This document shows, piece after piece, positions 28,858 through 37,739 of a stretch of DNA of 64,000 bases. The DNA lies in IMG/VR virus record IMGVR_UViG_3300017917_001996, positions 1 to 64,000 of that record; one strand, given 5' to 3'. The notes beneath the pieces are model-generated. The model was not told the origin of the DNA and searched no databases. It saw only the letters and a list, made by a program, of their open reading frames with translations. The position numbers and the translations under genes were made by a program. Each line of letters opens with the position of its first letter. Positions within the stretch are counted from its first letter, which is position 1.

Positions 28858-29913
28858 ATGGCAAAACGCCTCACACGTAAACTTACGGATGTAATTGCTG
28901 AAGTCATCACTCAGCTCAAAGCTCATTACGGTATCACGGATGAACAAATCAAGGCTTGGCAGAATCGTGTCAAAGCCGAAGGTTACGATTTTCCTGACAG
29001 TACTCAAGTTGACATCGACGATCTTTGGATCGACTACGAAGTACAGCGTGATGTAATTCACAAACACATTATCAATATTGCCAAGAAGTGGGATCCTCGA
29101 ATCTGTTCCCCTGGTTCAGCATGTCGTACTCCTGGCGGCAAACAAATCTTTCTCTATGATGCACAGCATAGAACTATTTCGGCTGGCATTCTTGGGTACA
29201 AGTCTATTCCTTGTGCAGTAGTCGAAACAACCGATCCTAATTTTGCAAGTTACGCATTTGAAATGCTTAACGACACAGGCGTTAAACGTCTAACCCCTGG
29301 TGACCTGCATCGTAATGCTCTAGTGCGTTTTAAAAACGGTAGCAAAGATAAAAAGGTTATTTCTGCTCGCACAATGCAAGACCAATTTGACAAGTTGGGT
29401 ATCGACTTGCAGGACAAAGGCAGTCGTAACAGCGACAACCTGCGTGGTGACAATGATTACTTCTTCAGTCACTTCAAGTATGCACAAAAGGGCATCGAAG
29501 TCGACGAAAGCGGAAAGATCTTGTACAACATTCTTGATGCTATCAAGTCAGCATTTCCTCTGCAAGAAGAAATCGATCAAGGTGTTTATATTGGCTTGTA
29601 CGAGTTGCACCGCATCTCTAAGACCAGTCCTAACATTAAATTGCCTGCGGACTGGATGAAGACTTTGCTAGACAGCGTTAAGCCTACATTTAAAAGTTCA
29701 GCGCTGGTACATGCCAAAGCTAAGATCCAATGGGAACATGTTAATCCGGGTGCTACCTGGAGTGCTCCTAGTGCAATGGCTAACTTCTTGCGTGAACTAC
29801 ATATTCGCAACAGCGGTAAACTTAACTTGCCTTATCACGGCGAAGGTAGTAAGATGGGAATTGAGTCTGGCAATATTGCTCCGGGTTTGTTCCCTGATGG
29901 GAGACAATCATGA
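28858..29913 (+). CDS. ParB/Srx-fold domain protein
   Basis: IDIDDLWIDYEVQR...LYDAQHRT...F..LN pattern of ParB-like (DGQHR) domains. Confidence 0.65.
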   Translation: MAKRLTRKLTDVIAEVITQLKAHYGITDEQIKAWQNRVKAEGYDFPDSTQVDIDDLWIDYEVQRDVIHKHIINIAKKWDPRICSPGSACRTPGGKQIFLYDAQHRTISAGILGYKSIPCAVVETTDPNFASYAFEMLNDTGVKRLTPGDLHRNALVRFKNGSKDKKVISARTMQDQFDKLGIDLQDKGSRNSDNLRGDNDYFFSHFKYAQKGIEVDESGKILYNILDAIKSAFPLQEEIDQGVYIGLYELHRISKTSPNIKLPADWMKTLLDSVKPTFKSSALVHAKAKIQWEHVNPGATWSAPSAMANFLRELHIRNSGKLNLPYHGEGSKMGIESGNIAPGLFPDGRQS

Positions 29914-30467
29914 ATAACTACTCAATTATTTCGATAACACCTTATCCTTGTTACAAAATCGAATTAAAAGATTTGAATAACCCAATTGATGTTAGTGCCA
30001 TATGCGCTAAACTAGGTGTAGAGGATTATGTCTACGAAGTCAAATTCGAGGATTGTATCCTAAAGTACGGACTCAGTTTTGGAACAAGTAAATCCATGTC
30101 ATGGACTCCCGGGGAGCGGATTTATCGACAATGTGGACATTTACCTGGTTGGAATAAACCTTTGCTAGGTCCAAGCGGTAGCGACATGCTAGAAATTACT
30201 CGTATGTACTTTAAAAAATCTGGTAAGCTAGTAGATCGTAATGGCGTAACTGTTACGATCCACGATCTAACAAATGTAAAAAGTCCAAGTATAGTTGAGC
30301 CATATCTTCATGTTAAACAATTAGAAAGTAAGTTAATTAACGACTACAAAAACAAATACGGTCAGACACCAATCGGAAATATCAAAGACGAATCCTACGT
30401 AGGTCGTATTAGATATACGCCAGATGAAGTTTTTAATTCATTATTTGAATTCGATGGAAACTCTTAA
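29910..30467 (+). CDS. Possible GIY-YIG-like nuclease
   Basis: YVYEV...LKYGLS...RIYRQ...LESKLI...PIGN. Confidence 0.45.
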   Translation: MNNYSIISITPYPCYKIELKDLNNPIDVSAICAKLGVEDYVYEVKFEDCILKYGLSFGTSKSMSWTPGERIYRQCGHLPGWNKPLLGPSGSDMLEITRMYFKKSGKLVDRNGVTVTIHDLTNVKSPSIVEPYLHVKQLESKLINDYKNKYGQTPIGNIKDESYVGRIRYTPDEVFNSLFEFDGNS

Positions 30468-31023
30468 AGAATCACTTGAACAGTTTGTAGCGCCTGTCTA
30501 CGGTAAAACCAAACGTACCAAGGACACTTACAAAACTGTAGCCAGCCATTGCAGTTTGCATATTACTCGTTTAGTCGACGAGTATCATGCGGTGCAAAAC
30601 GATCAACAGCTATTACGAGAAATTCGTGACGACATTGATTACTACCTGCGTCGTTATCACGAATACTGCATTAAGCAACGTGACGGAATGGGTGCTCATT
30701 ATTGGGAAATCGGTGCAGACGAGGACACTGATTTTGAACACCTAATTCCTGCGGCACGTATTCGTGATCTTCTACTTGCAAACACTATTACAGTAGAGCA
30801 AGCCCTTAATGCTCCTACAGTAAAGCTCAGTAGAACAAAACATGCCATGTTAAAAGAAGCAGGTTGGGCTAGCCATACTCCCGACATGTGGTTCCCATTC
30901 AAGCGTTACACACAGGTATTCACAGCACAATACCAAACACACGACGGAACTGCTATAGATCCAGACACCTGGACTCTAGAGCAACACTACGAGTATTTTA
31001 AACACTTGAAGATCGAAGCATGA
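30454..31023 (+). CDS. Hypothetical protein with a possible His-Me/HNH-like EHxIP motif
   Basis: DFEHLIP. Confidence 0.5.
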   Translation: METLKESLEQFVAPVYGKTKRTKDTYKTVASHCSLHITRLVDEYHAVQNDQQLLREIRDDIDYYLRRYHEYCIKQRDGMGAHYWEIGADEDTDFEHLIPAARIRDLLLANTITVEQALNAPTVKLSRTKHAMLKEAGWASHTPDMWFPFKRYTQVFTAQYQTHDGTAIDPDTWTLEQHYEYFKHLKIEA

Positions 31024-31024
31024 T

Positions 31025-31052
31025 GAATAGGGCCGCAAGGCCCTATTCTTTT
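31025..31052. terminator. Intrinsic terminator between convergent units
   Basis: GAATAGGGCC-GCAA-GGCCCTATTC-TTTT. Confidence 0.9.
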
Positions 31053-31061
31053 CTTCAAAAT

Positions 31062-31808
31062 TTATTCGTCGCCGTATAGTTTTAATACCTCCGCTACTAC
31101 TGGATTACGTTGTACATCTTTTCTAGCAAAGTTGACAACGGATATAGTTGAACTACCAGATCTCTCTAGACGTTCAATGAAATCTCTTAGACCATTTTCA
31201 TCATTATTGAATTTGCGGTCCATTTGATTTAAGTCCCCTGTGACTACCATCTTACTCCTATCGCCTAAACGGGTCAGCAACATTTTTAACTGATTTTTTG
31301 TAGCGTTCTGCATCTCATCGGCAATTATATACGCATTTTTAAATGTTCGCCCCCGCATGAATGCTAGTGGAGATATCTCTAGCACTTTTTCGTCTAACAT
31401 TCGTGCGATTTCTCGAGTATTATAGTACTCACCAATAACATCAAAAATGGGCCGGGTCCACGGTTCCATCTTTGTGTTCAGGTCTCCGGGTAGGAAACCG
31501 TGCTCCTCCTCCTCGACTCCTACTGCGGGTCGAGTAATAATAATCTTGTTAATCTTTCCTTCCTTATATGCTTTGATTGCGGCCATGACCGCTAGCATTG
31601 TTTTACCTGTGCCTGCTGGGCCTGTGGCAAAAACTATTGATTTTTTAGGGTTTACTAGTAAATCGATATATTCTTCCTGTTTTAATGTCTTTGGTAATAA
31701 TGTCACGGGCTTTTTTTGCTGTACAAATTGATTGATTCCGATAACATTATCTGCTTGCTCGAAATTTTGAGCGCGGCGGCTCGCTTGAGTTTTGCGTTTT
31801 GCTGACAA
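31062..31808 (-). CDS. phoH: PhoH-family ATPase
   Basis: GPAGTGKT, HGFLPGD, FMRGRTF, DEMQN, GDLNQ; TTG start at 31808 with an AGGAG RBS. Confidence 0.95.
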   Translation of the reverse strand: MSAKRKTQASRRAQNFEQADNVIGINQFVQQKKPVTLLPKTLKQEEYIDLLVNPKKSIVFATGPAGTGKTMLAVMAAIKAYKEGKINKIIITRPAVGVEEEEHGFLPGDLNTKMEPWTRPIFDVIGEYYNTREIARMLDEKVLEISPLAFMRGRTFKNAYIIADEMQNATKNQLKMLLTRLGDRSKMVVTGDLNQMDRKFNNDENGLRDFIERLERSGSSTISVVNFARKDVQRNPVVAEVLKLYGDE

Positions 31809-31998
31809 ATGATTTCTCCTAAAATTTATTAACATGATTTGAGCTTTGTCTGTATGCCTTGGCATACAATCGTATTTACAGGCCTGTTACCACGGTTTTT
31901 ACTAGCAGATTAATTTTTTTAAATTATGCTAAGTATAATTCTGTCCTCAAATCTACCATAGTAAAGCTAAATATCAAAAACAGCTAAATATTATTACT

Positions 31999-32580
31999 AT
32001 GACTACTCACGTTAAAGATATCATTGACAACACCAAGAACATTTACATGAGTGAAAGCTCCTTAGAGAGCCTTATGGATTTTGAGCGTGTGTTAGATGAA
32101 TTAGACACCTATGTTTTCCAGAACTGGGAGAAAGGCGAACTAGTTGAGGGTCCATTATACGACAAGTATTTTGTTACCTGTACATTTATGTGGCCACACA
32201 AACTAATGCCAGACCCACGTGGCGGAGAAAGATTATTAGACTACAAATGCGAAGTTAGCTATCGTAGAGAAACTCTAGAATACCCTGTGGAAGTTAAAAG
32301 TCCTGACGATTTTAGACCCGGAACCAAGGTTCCTAAGCTAGCACAAAAACCAGTCTGGCTAGTAACTATTACCATGCCCAAGCAACTGATGCATGACATC
32401 CATCAAGGTAGCTTGGACCTCGAAGCAGAAACTGTAAATATCGAAGACATCGAACAAGCCTACGAAGTTGGTTTAGATGATGACGTTTACAAAGACGAAG
32501 AACAACAAATGCAGTCAGCTGGAGCAATGCCAGGTGCAATGCCTCCACCAGTCCAACAGCCAGGAGCACCAATTGTCTAA
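31999..32580 (+). CDS. Phage hypothetical protein
   Basis: CTAAATA upstream; long ORF. Confidence 0.7.
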   Translation: MTTHVKDIIDNTKNIYMSESSLESLMDFERVLDELDTYVFQNWEKGELVEGPLYDKYFVTCTFMWPHKLMPDPRGGERLLDYKCEVSYRRETLEYPVEVKSPDDFRPGTKVPKLAQKPVWLVTITMPKQLMHDIHQGSLDLEAETVNIEDIEQAYEVGLDDDVYKDEEQQMQSAGAMPGAMPPPVQQPGAPIV

Positions 32581-33124
32581 ACTACATGAAGGTCTCGAAA
32601 GACACGACTTAAAAAGATTAGTTTCTACTCGTGTAACTATCGACGAATACAAAAGCAAAATCGGTTCCGACGAAGAAATTGTAGTTATCAGTTTCCAAGT
32701 TGACTCTAAAGAGCCTGCGCTAGATTTAGTCAGCTTTGTAGAAAAAAGTTACGAATGGGTAGTTGACGCAGACACCAGTTCAGGAGAAATCTCCGACGGA
32801 TCTTATATCGTGTTTGTGGAAACTGAACGGACTCCAGAGGTCGCTGAAAACATCTTGCGGTTGTTTGAAGACTTAGAAAACTTAACAGATATAAAACATG
32901 ACGAGTGGCAAATAGAATACTATAAACCGCAAAAACATGTTAATCTAGATTTAGAGTCATTGCAGGCTGCTATTCCTACTAGCCCCGAAGAATACAGAAT
33001 GTTGTACAAAAATAAAAAAGACGACATTGATAAACTTAAGGCAGCAGCCGGTGTCGAAGTTAACACCAAGGCACCCAAAAACGATTTTACTGAAAGTTTA
33101 CGAGTAATGGCTGGTATTCGTTAA
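32573..33124 (+). CDS. Phage hypothetical protein
   Basis: TTG start with AGGAG RBS. Confidence 0.65.
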   Translation: MSKLHEGLERHDLKRLVSTRVTIDEYKSKIGSDEEIVVISFQVDSKEPALDLVSFVEKSYEWVVDADTSSGEISDGSYIVFVETERTPEVAENILRLFEDLENLTDIKHDEWQIEYYKPQKHVNLDLESLQAAIPTSPEEYRMLYKNKKDDIDKLKAAAGVEVNTKAPKNDFTESLRVMAGIR

Positions 33125-33164
33125 TTCGATCGATTACTCAGGCTAATTTTATCAAGGATCAAAA

Positions 33165-33791
33165 ATGAGCGATTTTATTCTTACCGAAGAACAACTAAAA
33201 GAACTGATACCCGGTAACCCCTACGTCAGTTACTGGTACAGTGCACTATCAAGATGTCTTCCAGACTACGATATCAACACTCCGCAACGAGTAGCAGCTT
33301 TTATAGCGCAGTGTGCTCATGAATCCGGTGGATTCAAATTCCTTAAAGAAAACTTAAATTATCGTGCAGAAAGTTTAGTGCGGGTTTGGCCTAAGTACTT
33401 TCCTAATTTGGACGTTGCACGACAATATGCACAGAAGCAAGAAAAGATCGCCAACCGAGCGTATGCCAACCGTATGGGCAACGGAGACGAATCCAGTGGC
33501 GACGGTTGGAGGTTCTGCGGCCGAGGATTAATTCAATTAACTGGACGAAACAACTATCAAGCATTTGCTGATAGTATTGAAACAGACATCAATGACATTC
33601 CTGAATACTTACAAACATTTGAAGGTGCCGTGCAAAGTGCCTGCTGGTTCTGGGAATCCAACAACCTAAACAAATGGGCTGACCTAGGCGACATTTTAAC
33701 GTTAACTAAAAAAATTAACGGAGGCACATTAGGTCTCGACGATCGTGTTAAACATTACAACCATGCACTGCATGTTCTAGGAGCACACTAA
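33165..33791 (+). CDS. Glycoside hydrolase family 19 endolysin
   Basis: AFIAQCAHESGG, GDGWRFCGRGLIQLTGRNNY, INGGTLGLDDR. Confidence 0.92.
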   Translation: MSDFILTEEQLKELIPGNPYVSYWYSALSRCLPDYDINTPQRVAAFIAQCAHESGGFKFLKENLNYRAESLVRVWPKYFPNLDVARQYAQKQEKIANRAYANRMGNGDESSGDGWRFCGRGLIQLTGRNNYQAFADSIETDINDIPEYLQTFEGAVQSACWFWESNNLNKWADLGDILTLTKKINGGTLGLDDRVKHYNHALHVLGAH

Positions 33792-34336
33792 TGTGGCAAA
33801 TTTCATGGATGCTTAGTCTACTACCCGATTGGTTCTGGACATTAGTATTGATTGCTGGTATCCTTGGAATTATAGTCGCATGGGTTTTGAAATTTATTCC
33901 GTGGGTGTCTAGATACAAACTACCTATTCAAGTTTTTAGTGTTTTATTCTTACTAGTCGGTGTTTACTTTCAAGGCGTAATAGCCAATGAAGAAAAATAT
34001 AAAGCTGAACATGCAAGATTAGAAAAAGAAATTGCTGAGAAGAACGAAAACTCTAAACGTCTTAACGATGAATTAACTAAAGTGCAAGCTGAAAGAGATG
34101 CTGCTATAGCTAACAAAGGTAAGACCGTAATTAAAACAATTGATCGTTACGTCAAGGGGGATCCAGTAGAAATAGTCAAAGAAATTACCAAAGAGAAAAA
34201 CCTCAGTGACGAGGAACGTAAAAAATTAGAGTCACAAATCGAAGAATTACAAAAAGCTGAAAAAGAATGTCGTGTTCCTAGATTATTAATCGATCAACTT
34301 AACTCAATTACAACTAACCCAGGAGTTAAACAATGA
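33791..34336 (+). CDS. Putative i-spanin (Rz-like)
   Basis: N-terminal TM helices plus coiled coil, directly after the lysin. Confidence 0.6.
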   Translation: MWQISWMLSLLPDWFWTLVLIAGILGIIVAWVLKFIPWVSRYKLPIQVFSVLFLLVGVYFQGVIANEEKYKAEHARLEKEIAEKNENSKRLNDELTKVQAERDAAIANKGKTVIKTIDRYVKGDPVEIVKEITKEKNLSDEERKKLESQIEELQKAEKECRVPRLLIDQLNSITTNPGVKQ

Positions 34337-34623
34337 AGGCATTTAACTTGATTCTTGTTATACCCTTTTTTGTTTCTGGATGCAGTCTAGCACCAAAGTT
34401 AACTTCAGCTAAACCAGATTTCCCTGCACCTTACACCGACGAAGCTACAAAAAGCATGCCGCAGTGTAGTGAGCTAAAATCTATTCCGCCCGATGTAAAC
34501 AATTTATCATCGGTGTTTAAAATAATTGCCGAAAATTATACCAGTTACTGGCAATGCTCAAACAAAGTTGACGGATGGAACAACTGGTACAATGTTCAAA
34601 AACGTAATTACGAAAGTAAATAA
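34333..34623 (+). CDS. Putative o-spanin (Rz1-like lipoprotein)
   Basis: Lipobox VSGC, Pro-rich, Cys pair. Confidence 0.65.
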   Translation: MKAFNLILVIPFFVSGCSLAPKLTSAKPDFPAPYTDEATKSMPQCSELKSIPPDVNNLSSVFKIIAENYTSYWQCSNKVDGWNNWYNVQKRNYESK

Positions 34624-34638
34624 TCAAAAGGAAACATC

Positions 34639-35514
34639 ATGAAACTAGCACTATCAATCGTCGGTTTAGCAGTTTTTCTAACAGGTTGTGCTGCGAGTAA
34701 GGAGTACGTGCTGTATGCGGAAACCCAAAAGGCAATCGCACAAGCAAATGCACAAGCTCATGCTATGACAGAATCTGCCAGATATGCTGCACTAGCCGAA
34801 ATAGCAAAGAATGGAGACGCTACTGCCAGAGTAGCCGCAGCAATGAGTTTAAGCCTAGGTAGTGGCGGAGGCCAACAGGGCAATCGTCAACCAGCAATGC
34901 CAAACGTTAATCCTCCTAAGTCATTCGGCGATACAGCCTTACAGTGGACCAGTGTGTTGCTACCAAGCCTGACACAATTTTACGGTATTAACGCCAACCG
35001 TCAAATTGCTATTACACAAAGTAATAACCAAGCTGCTGTGGCAACAAGTACAAATAACACATTTGCTACAATGAGCAACAACATGGCCAAGAGCAATACT
35101 GATATTGCCAATGCAGGATTTACCGCAGCAACAGCTATTTCTAATAGTGGCTTGACTGCTACAACCAGCGTTGCTAACAGCGGACTTACTGCTACACAAA
35201 ATGTTGCTACAGCCGGAATCACTGGCGTGGTTACATCCGGAGCAAACGGATTAACTGCTACACAAAATGTTGCTACAGCCGGAATCACTGGCGTGGTTAC
35301 ATCCGGAGCAAACGGATTAACTGCTCTAACTGCTGTAAATGCAAGTTCTAATACTGCTATTACCAATGTTAGCAATGCTGCTAACACTAGTATCCAAACA
35401 TTAGCTAACCAGATTCCTAATCTACAACCTAATGTAACAAATACTACAACAACCACAAATAATAATTTAACCTGCCCAGTAGGTCAGACACTAGTTGCTG
35501 GTAGTTGCCAATAA
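34639..35514 (+). CDS. Lipoprotein with 11-residue Ala/Thr/Gly repeats
   Basis: Lipobox LTGC; GLTATQNVATA-type hendecads. Confidence 0.75.
   Translation: MKLALSIVGLAVFLTGCAASKEYVLYAETQKAIAQANAQAHAMTESARYAALAEIAKNGDATARVAAAMSLSLGSGGGQQGNRQPAMPNVNPPKSFGDTALQWTSVLLPSLTQFYGINANRQIAITQSNNQAAVATSTNNTFATMSNNMAKSNTDIANAGFTAATAISNSGLTATTSVANSGLTATQNVATAGITGVVTSGANGLTATQNVATAGITGVVTSGANGLTALTAVNASSNTAITNVSNAANTSIQTLANQIPNLQPNVTNTTTTTNNNLTCPVGQTLVAGSCQ
35188..35325 (+). repeat. Perfect 66-bp tandem duplication (22 aa)
   Basis: 35188-35253 is identical to 35254-35319. Confidence 0.9.
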
Positions 35515-35530
35515 TTTTAAAGGAAAGTAA

Positions 35531-36052
35531 ATGACGCAAGAAGTTAAGCCTCTTTCAAGAAGCGAGCGCGAAGCAAAGATCAAGGACAAGGCAGGGTTTG
35601 TAATTGTTATCCTTGCTGCCATTTTAGCAATCAACACTATGATCGGTGGCCAGAATAGCAGTAAGATTATGAACAATACCATTGCAGCAAACAATCAATG
35701 GGCTTGGTATCAAGCCAAAAATGTACGCCAAGTTTTATACGAAACTGCTGCTGTAGAAAGCAAAATTCCATCAAACAAAGAAAAGTTTGAATCGGAAGCA
35801 AAACGCATGGAAGCAGACAAAAAAGAAATCATGGAAAAAGCCAAGGCTCTAGAAGCCGAACGCGAAGTAGCTCGTAAGAAAAGCCCATGGTTTACTTGGG
35901 GCGGTAGTATACTACAGATTGCCATTGTTCTGCTAACTGCTAGCATTCTTGCTGTCAGTATGCCTATGTTCTGGGTTAGTCTCGTAGTAGGAGCTTTTGG
36001 CAGTCTTTTTGTAAGCCAAGCATTATGGCTTTGGTTACCTTTTGCACTATAA
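35531..36052 (+). CDS. DUF4337-like membrane protein
   Basis: NNQWAWYQAKNVRQ, LQIAIVL. Confidence 0.75.
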   Translation: MTQEVKPLSRSEREAKIKDKAGFVIVILAAILAINTMIGGQNSSKIMNNTIAANNQWAWYQAKNVRQVLYETAAVESKIPSNKEKFESEAKRMEADKKEIMEKAKALEAEREVARKKSPWFTWGGSILQIAIVLLTASILAVSMPMFWVSLVVGAFGSLFVSQALWLWLPFAL

Positions 36053-36061
36053 GGATCAATC

Positions 36062-36589
36062 ATGACAGCTAAAGAATACGATAAGATGAGCGACAGTGAA
36101 AAGAAAAAAGAAGACTGGATGAACAGCAAGTGGCGCCCGATGATGGGTTGGACTTACATGATAACCTGTTTGGCCGACTTTGTTCTGTTTCCAATTTTGT
36201 GGTCCGTACTACAGGCACTTAGCAAAGGACAAGTTAATGTCCAGTGGCAACCTATTACACTACAAGGTGCAGGGTTGTTCCACATTGCTATGGGTGCTGT
36301 GTTAGGTATTGCAGCATATGGTCGCACACAAGAAAAAATGAACGGTGCAAACAACGGTGGATTACAACTACCATCAAATGTCGGGACCACCTACACCCCG
36401 CCGGCTCCTGTAAATAATCAACCATCGGGCGGATTTGGTGCTCCATCGTCGATGACTGTGACACAAACGTTTGGAAACCCTGCGCCTGCAACTGGTGGGT
36501 TTGGTTCATCGGCAGGAGGCTTCGGTCAGGTAACAACAGGATTCGGTGGCAAACCGGCTCCTATTCAACCGCCAGATCCAGTTCTTTAA
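36062..36589 (+). CDS. 3TM holin-like protein
   Basis: WRPMMGWTY...LGIAAYGRTQEK resembles GTA-type 3TM holins. Confidence 0.7.
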   Translation: MTAKEYDKMSDSEKKKEDWMNSKWRPMMGWTYMITCLADFVLFPILWSVLQALSKGQVNVQWQPITLQGAGLFHIAMGAVLGIAAYGRTQEKMNGANNGGLQLPSNVGTTYTPPAPVNNQPSGGFGAPSSMTVTQTFGNPAPATGGFGSSAGGFGQVTTGFGGKPAPIQPPDPVL

Positions 36590-36598
36590 GGAGATAAC

Positions 36599-36835
36599 AT
36601 GAAAAATTTATTTTGGACATTATGTGTTGTTGCAGGATTCGCTTTTCCAGCTTATAATGCACATGCCAGCGACGATACTGCTGGTAAGGGAGAGATGAAA
36701 GAAGTCTGTCATCCAAAAAAAGATAAAGCAGGCAAAGAAGTAATTGGCAAAGACGGAAAACCAGTTCAGGAATGCAAAAAAATCAAAGTTCGAAAGAAAC
36801 TAGAAGGAACAGAAATTCCTCCTGCCAAGAAATAA
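36599..36835 (+). CDS. Small secreted basic protein
   Basis: Signal peptide, AAGGAG RBS, two Cys. Confidence 0.7.
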   Translation: MKNLFWTLCVVAGFAFPAYNAHASDDTAGKGEMKEVCHPKKDKAGKEVIGKDGKPVQECKKIKVRKKLEGTEIPPAKK

Positions 36836-36839
36836 TCTC

Positions 36840-36884
36840 TTGACAATCCACAAAAGGTATAGTATTATTAGTGCTATACCTTTT
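36840..36884 (+). promoter_or_regulatory. Sigma70-like promoter overlapped by an inverted repeat
   Basis: TTGACA-N17-TATTAT; AAAAGGTATAG/CTATACCTTTT stem. Confidence 0.7.
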
Positions 36885-36903
36885 CTCTTTTGTAAATACA
36901 ATA

Positions 36904-37737
36904 ATGAAAGACTATTTTAATACCTTAGGAGTCAACGCTAACGCCAGCGACGACGAGATTAAAAAAGCATACAAACGATTAGCCATGAAACACCACCCAG
37001 ACCGTGGAGGTGATCAAGCTAAGTTTCAGGAAATCCAAGAAGCATACGATGTGCTGAGCACACCACAACGTCGTGCACAATGGGAACAAGAACGCCAATT
37101 TGGTCAAGGCGGACCCGGTGGGTTCCAATTTAACTTTGGTTTTGGTCCTCAAGGGTTTGAAGATATATTTCAACATTTCCAGGGCGGGCATCCTTTTAGT
37201 TTTAGACAACCTGCAAAAAACAGAGACCTGCGTGTTAGGTTGGAAATTGATCTTCAAGCAACACTAGAAAAACAAAGCCAACAAATTAACATCAGACAAA
37301 ACAATGGTGTTAACAAAACAGTTGACATAGAGATTCCACGTGGTGTAATGACAGGTATGCAAATGCGTTGTCAAGGGATCGGTGATCACTCAAATACTAA
37401 TTTACCGCCGGGTGATCTTTATGTTGAATTTTTTGTTCGACCGCACCCTGATTTCCAAGTCAACGGAATACATTTGACTAGGTCATTAAAAATAAACTGT
37501 CTAGATGCAATTCTAGGTACAACAGAAAACATCAACGGACTTGACGGTAAAGTTTTTGAAATCAATATTCCGCCCGGTACACAGCCAAATACTAAATTCA
37601 GACTTGCTTCGCAAGGCCTATGGGATGTCAATCAACCAATCAGAGGAGATTTATTTGTAGAAATAATATTACAAGTACCAACTGCACTAACTGCAGAACA
37701 ACTTAATAAATTGCAACAACTTGTTAATAGGAATTAA
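36904..37737 (+). CDS. DnaJ/CbpA-like co-chaperone without a Zn finger
   Basis: J-domain with HPD, G/F region, C-terminal domain. Confidence 0.92.
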   Translation: MKDYFNTLGVNANASDDEIKKAYKRLAMKHHPDRGGDQAKFQEIQEAYDVLSTPQRRAQWEQERQFGQGGPGGFQFNFGFGPQGFEDIFQHFQGGHPFSFRQPAKNRDLRVRLEIDLQATLEKQSQQINIRQNNGVNKTVDIEIPRGVMTGMQMRCQGIGDHSNTNLPPGDLYVEFFVRPHPDFQVNGIHLTRSLKINCLDAILGTTENINGLDGKVFEINIPPGTQPNTKFRLASQGLWDVNQPIRGDLFVEIILQVPTALTAEQLNKLQQLVNRN

Positions 37738-37739
37738 AA

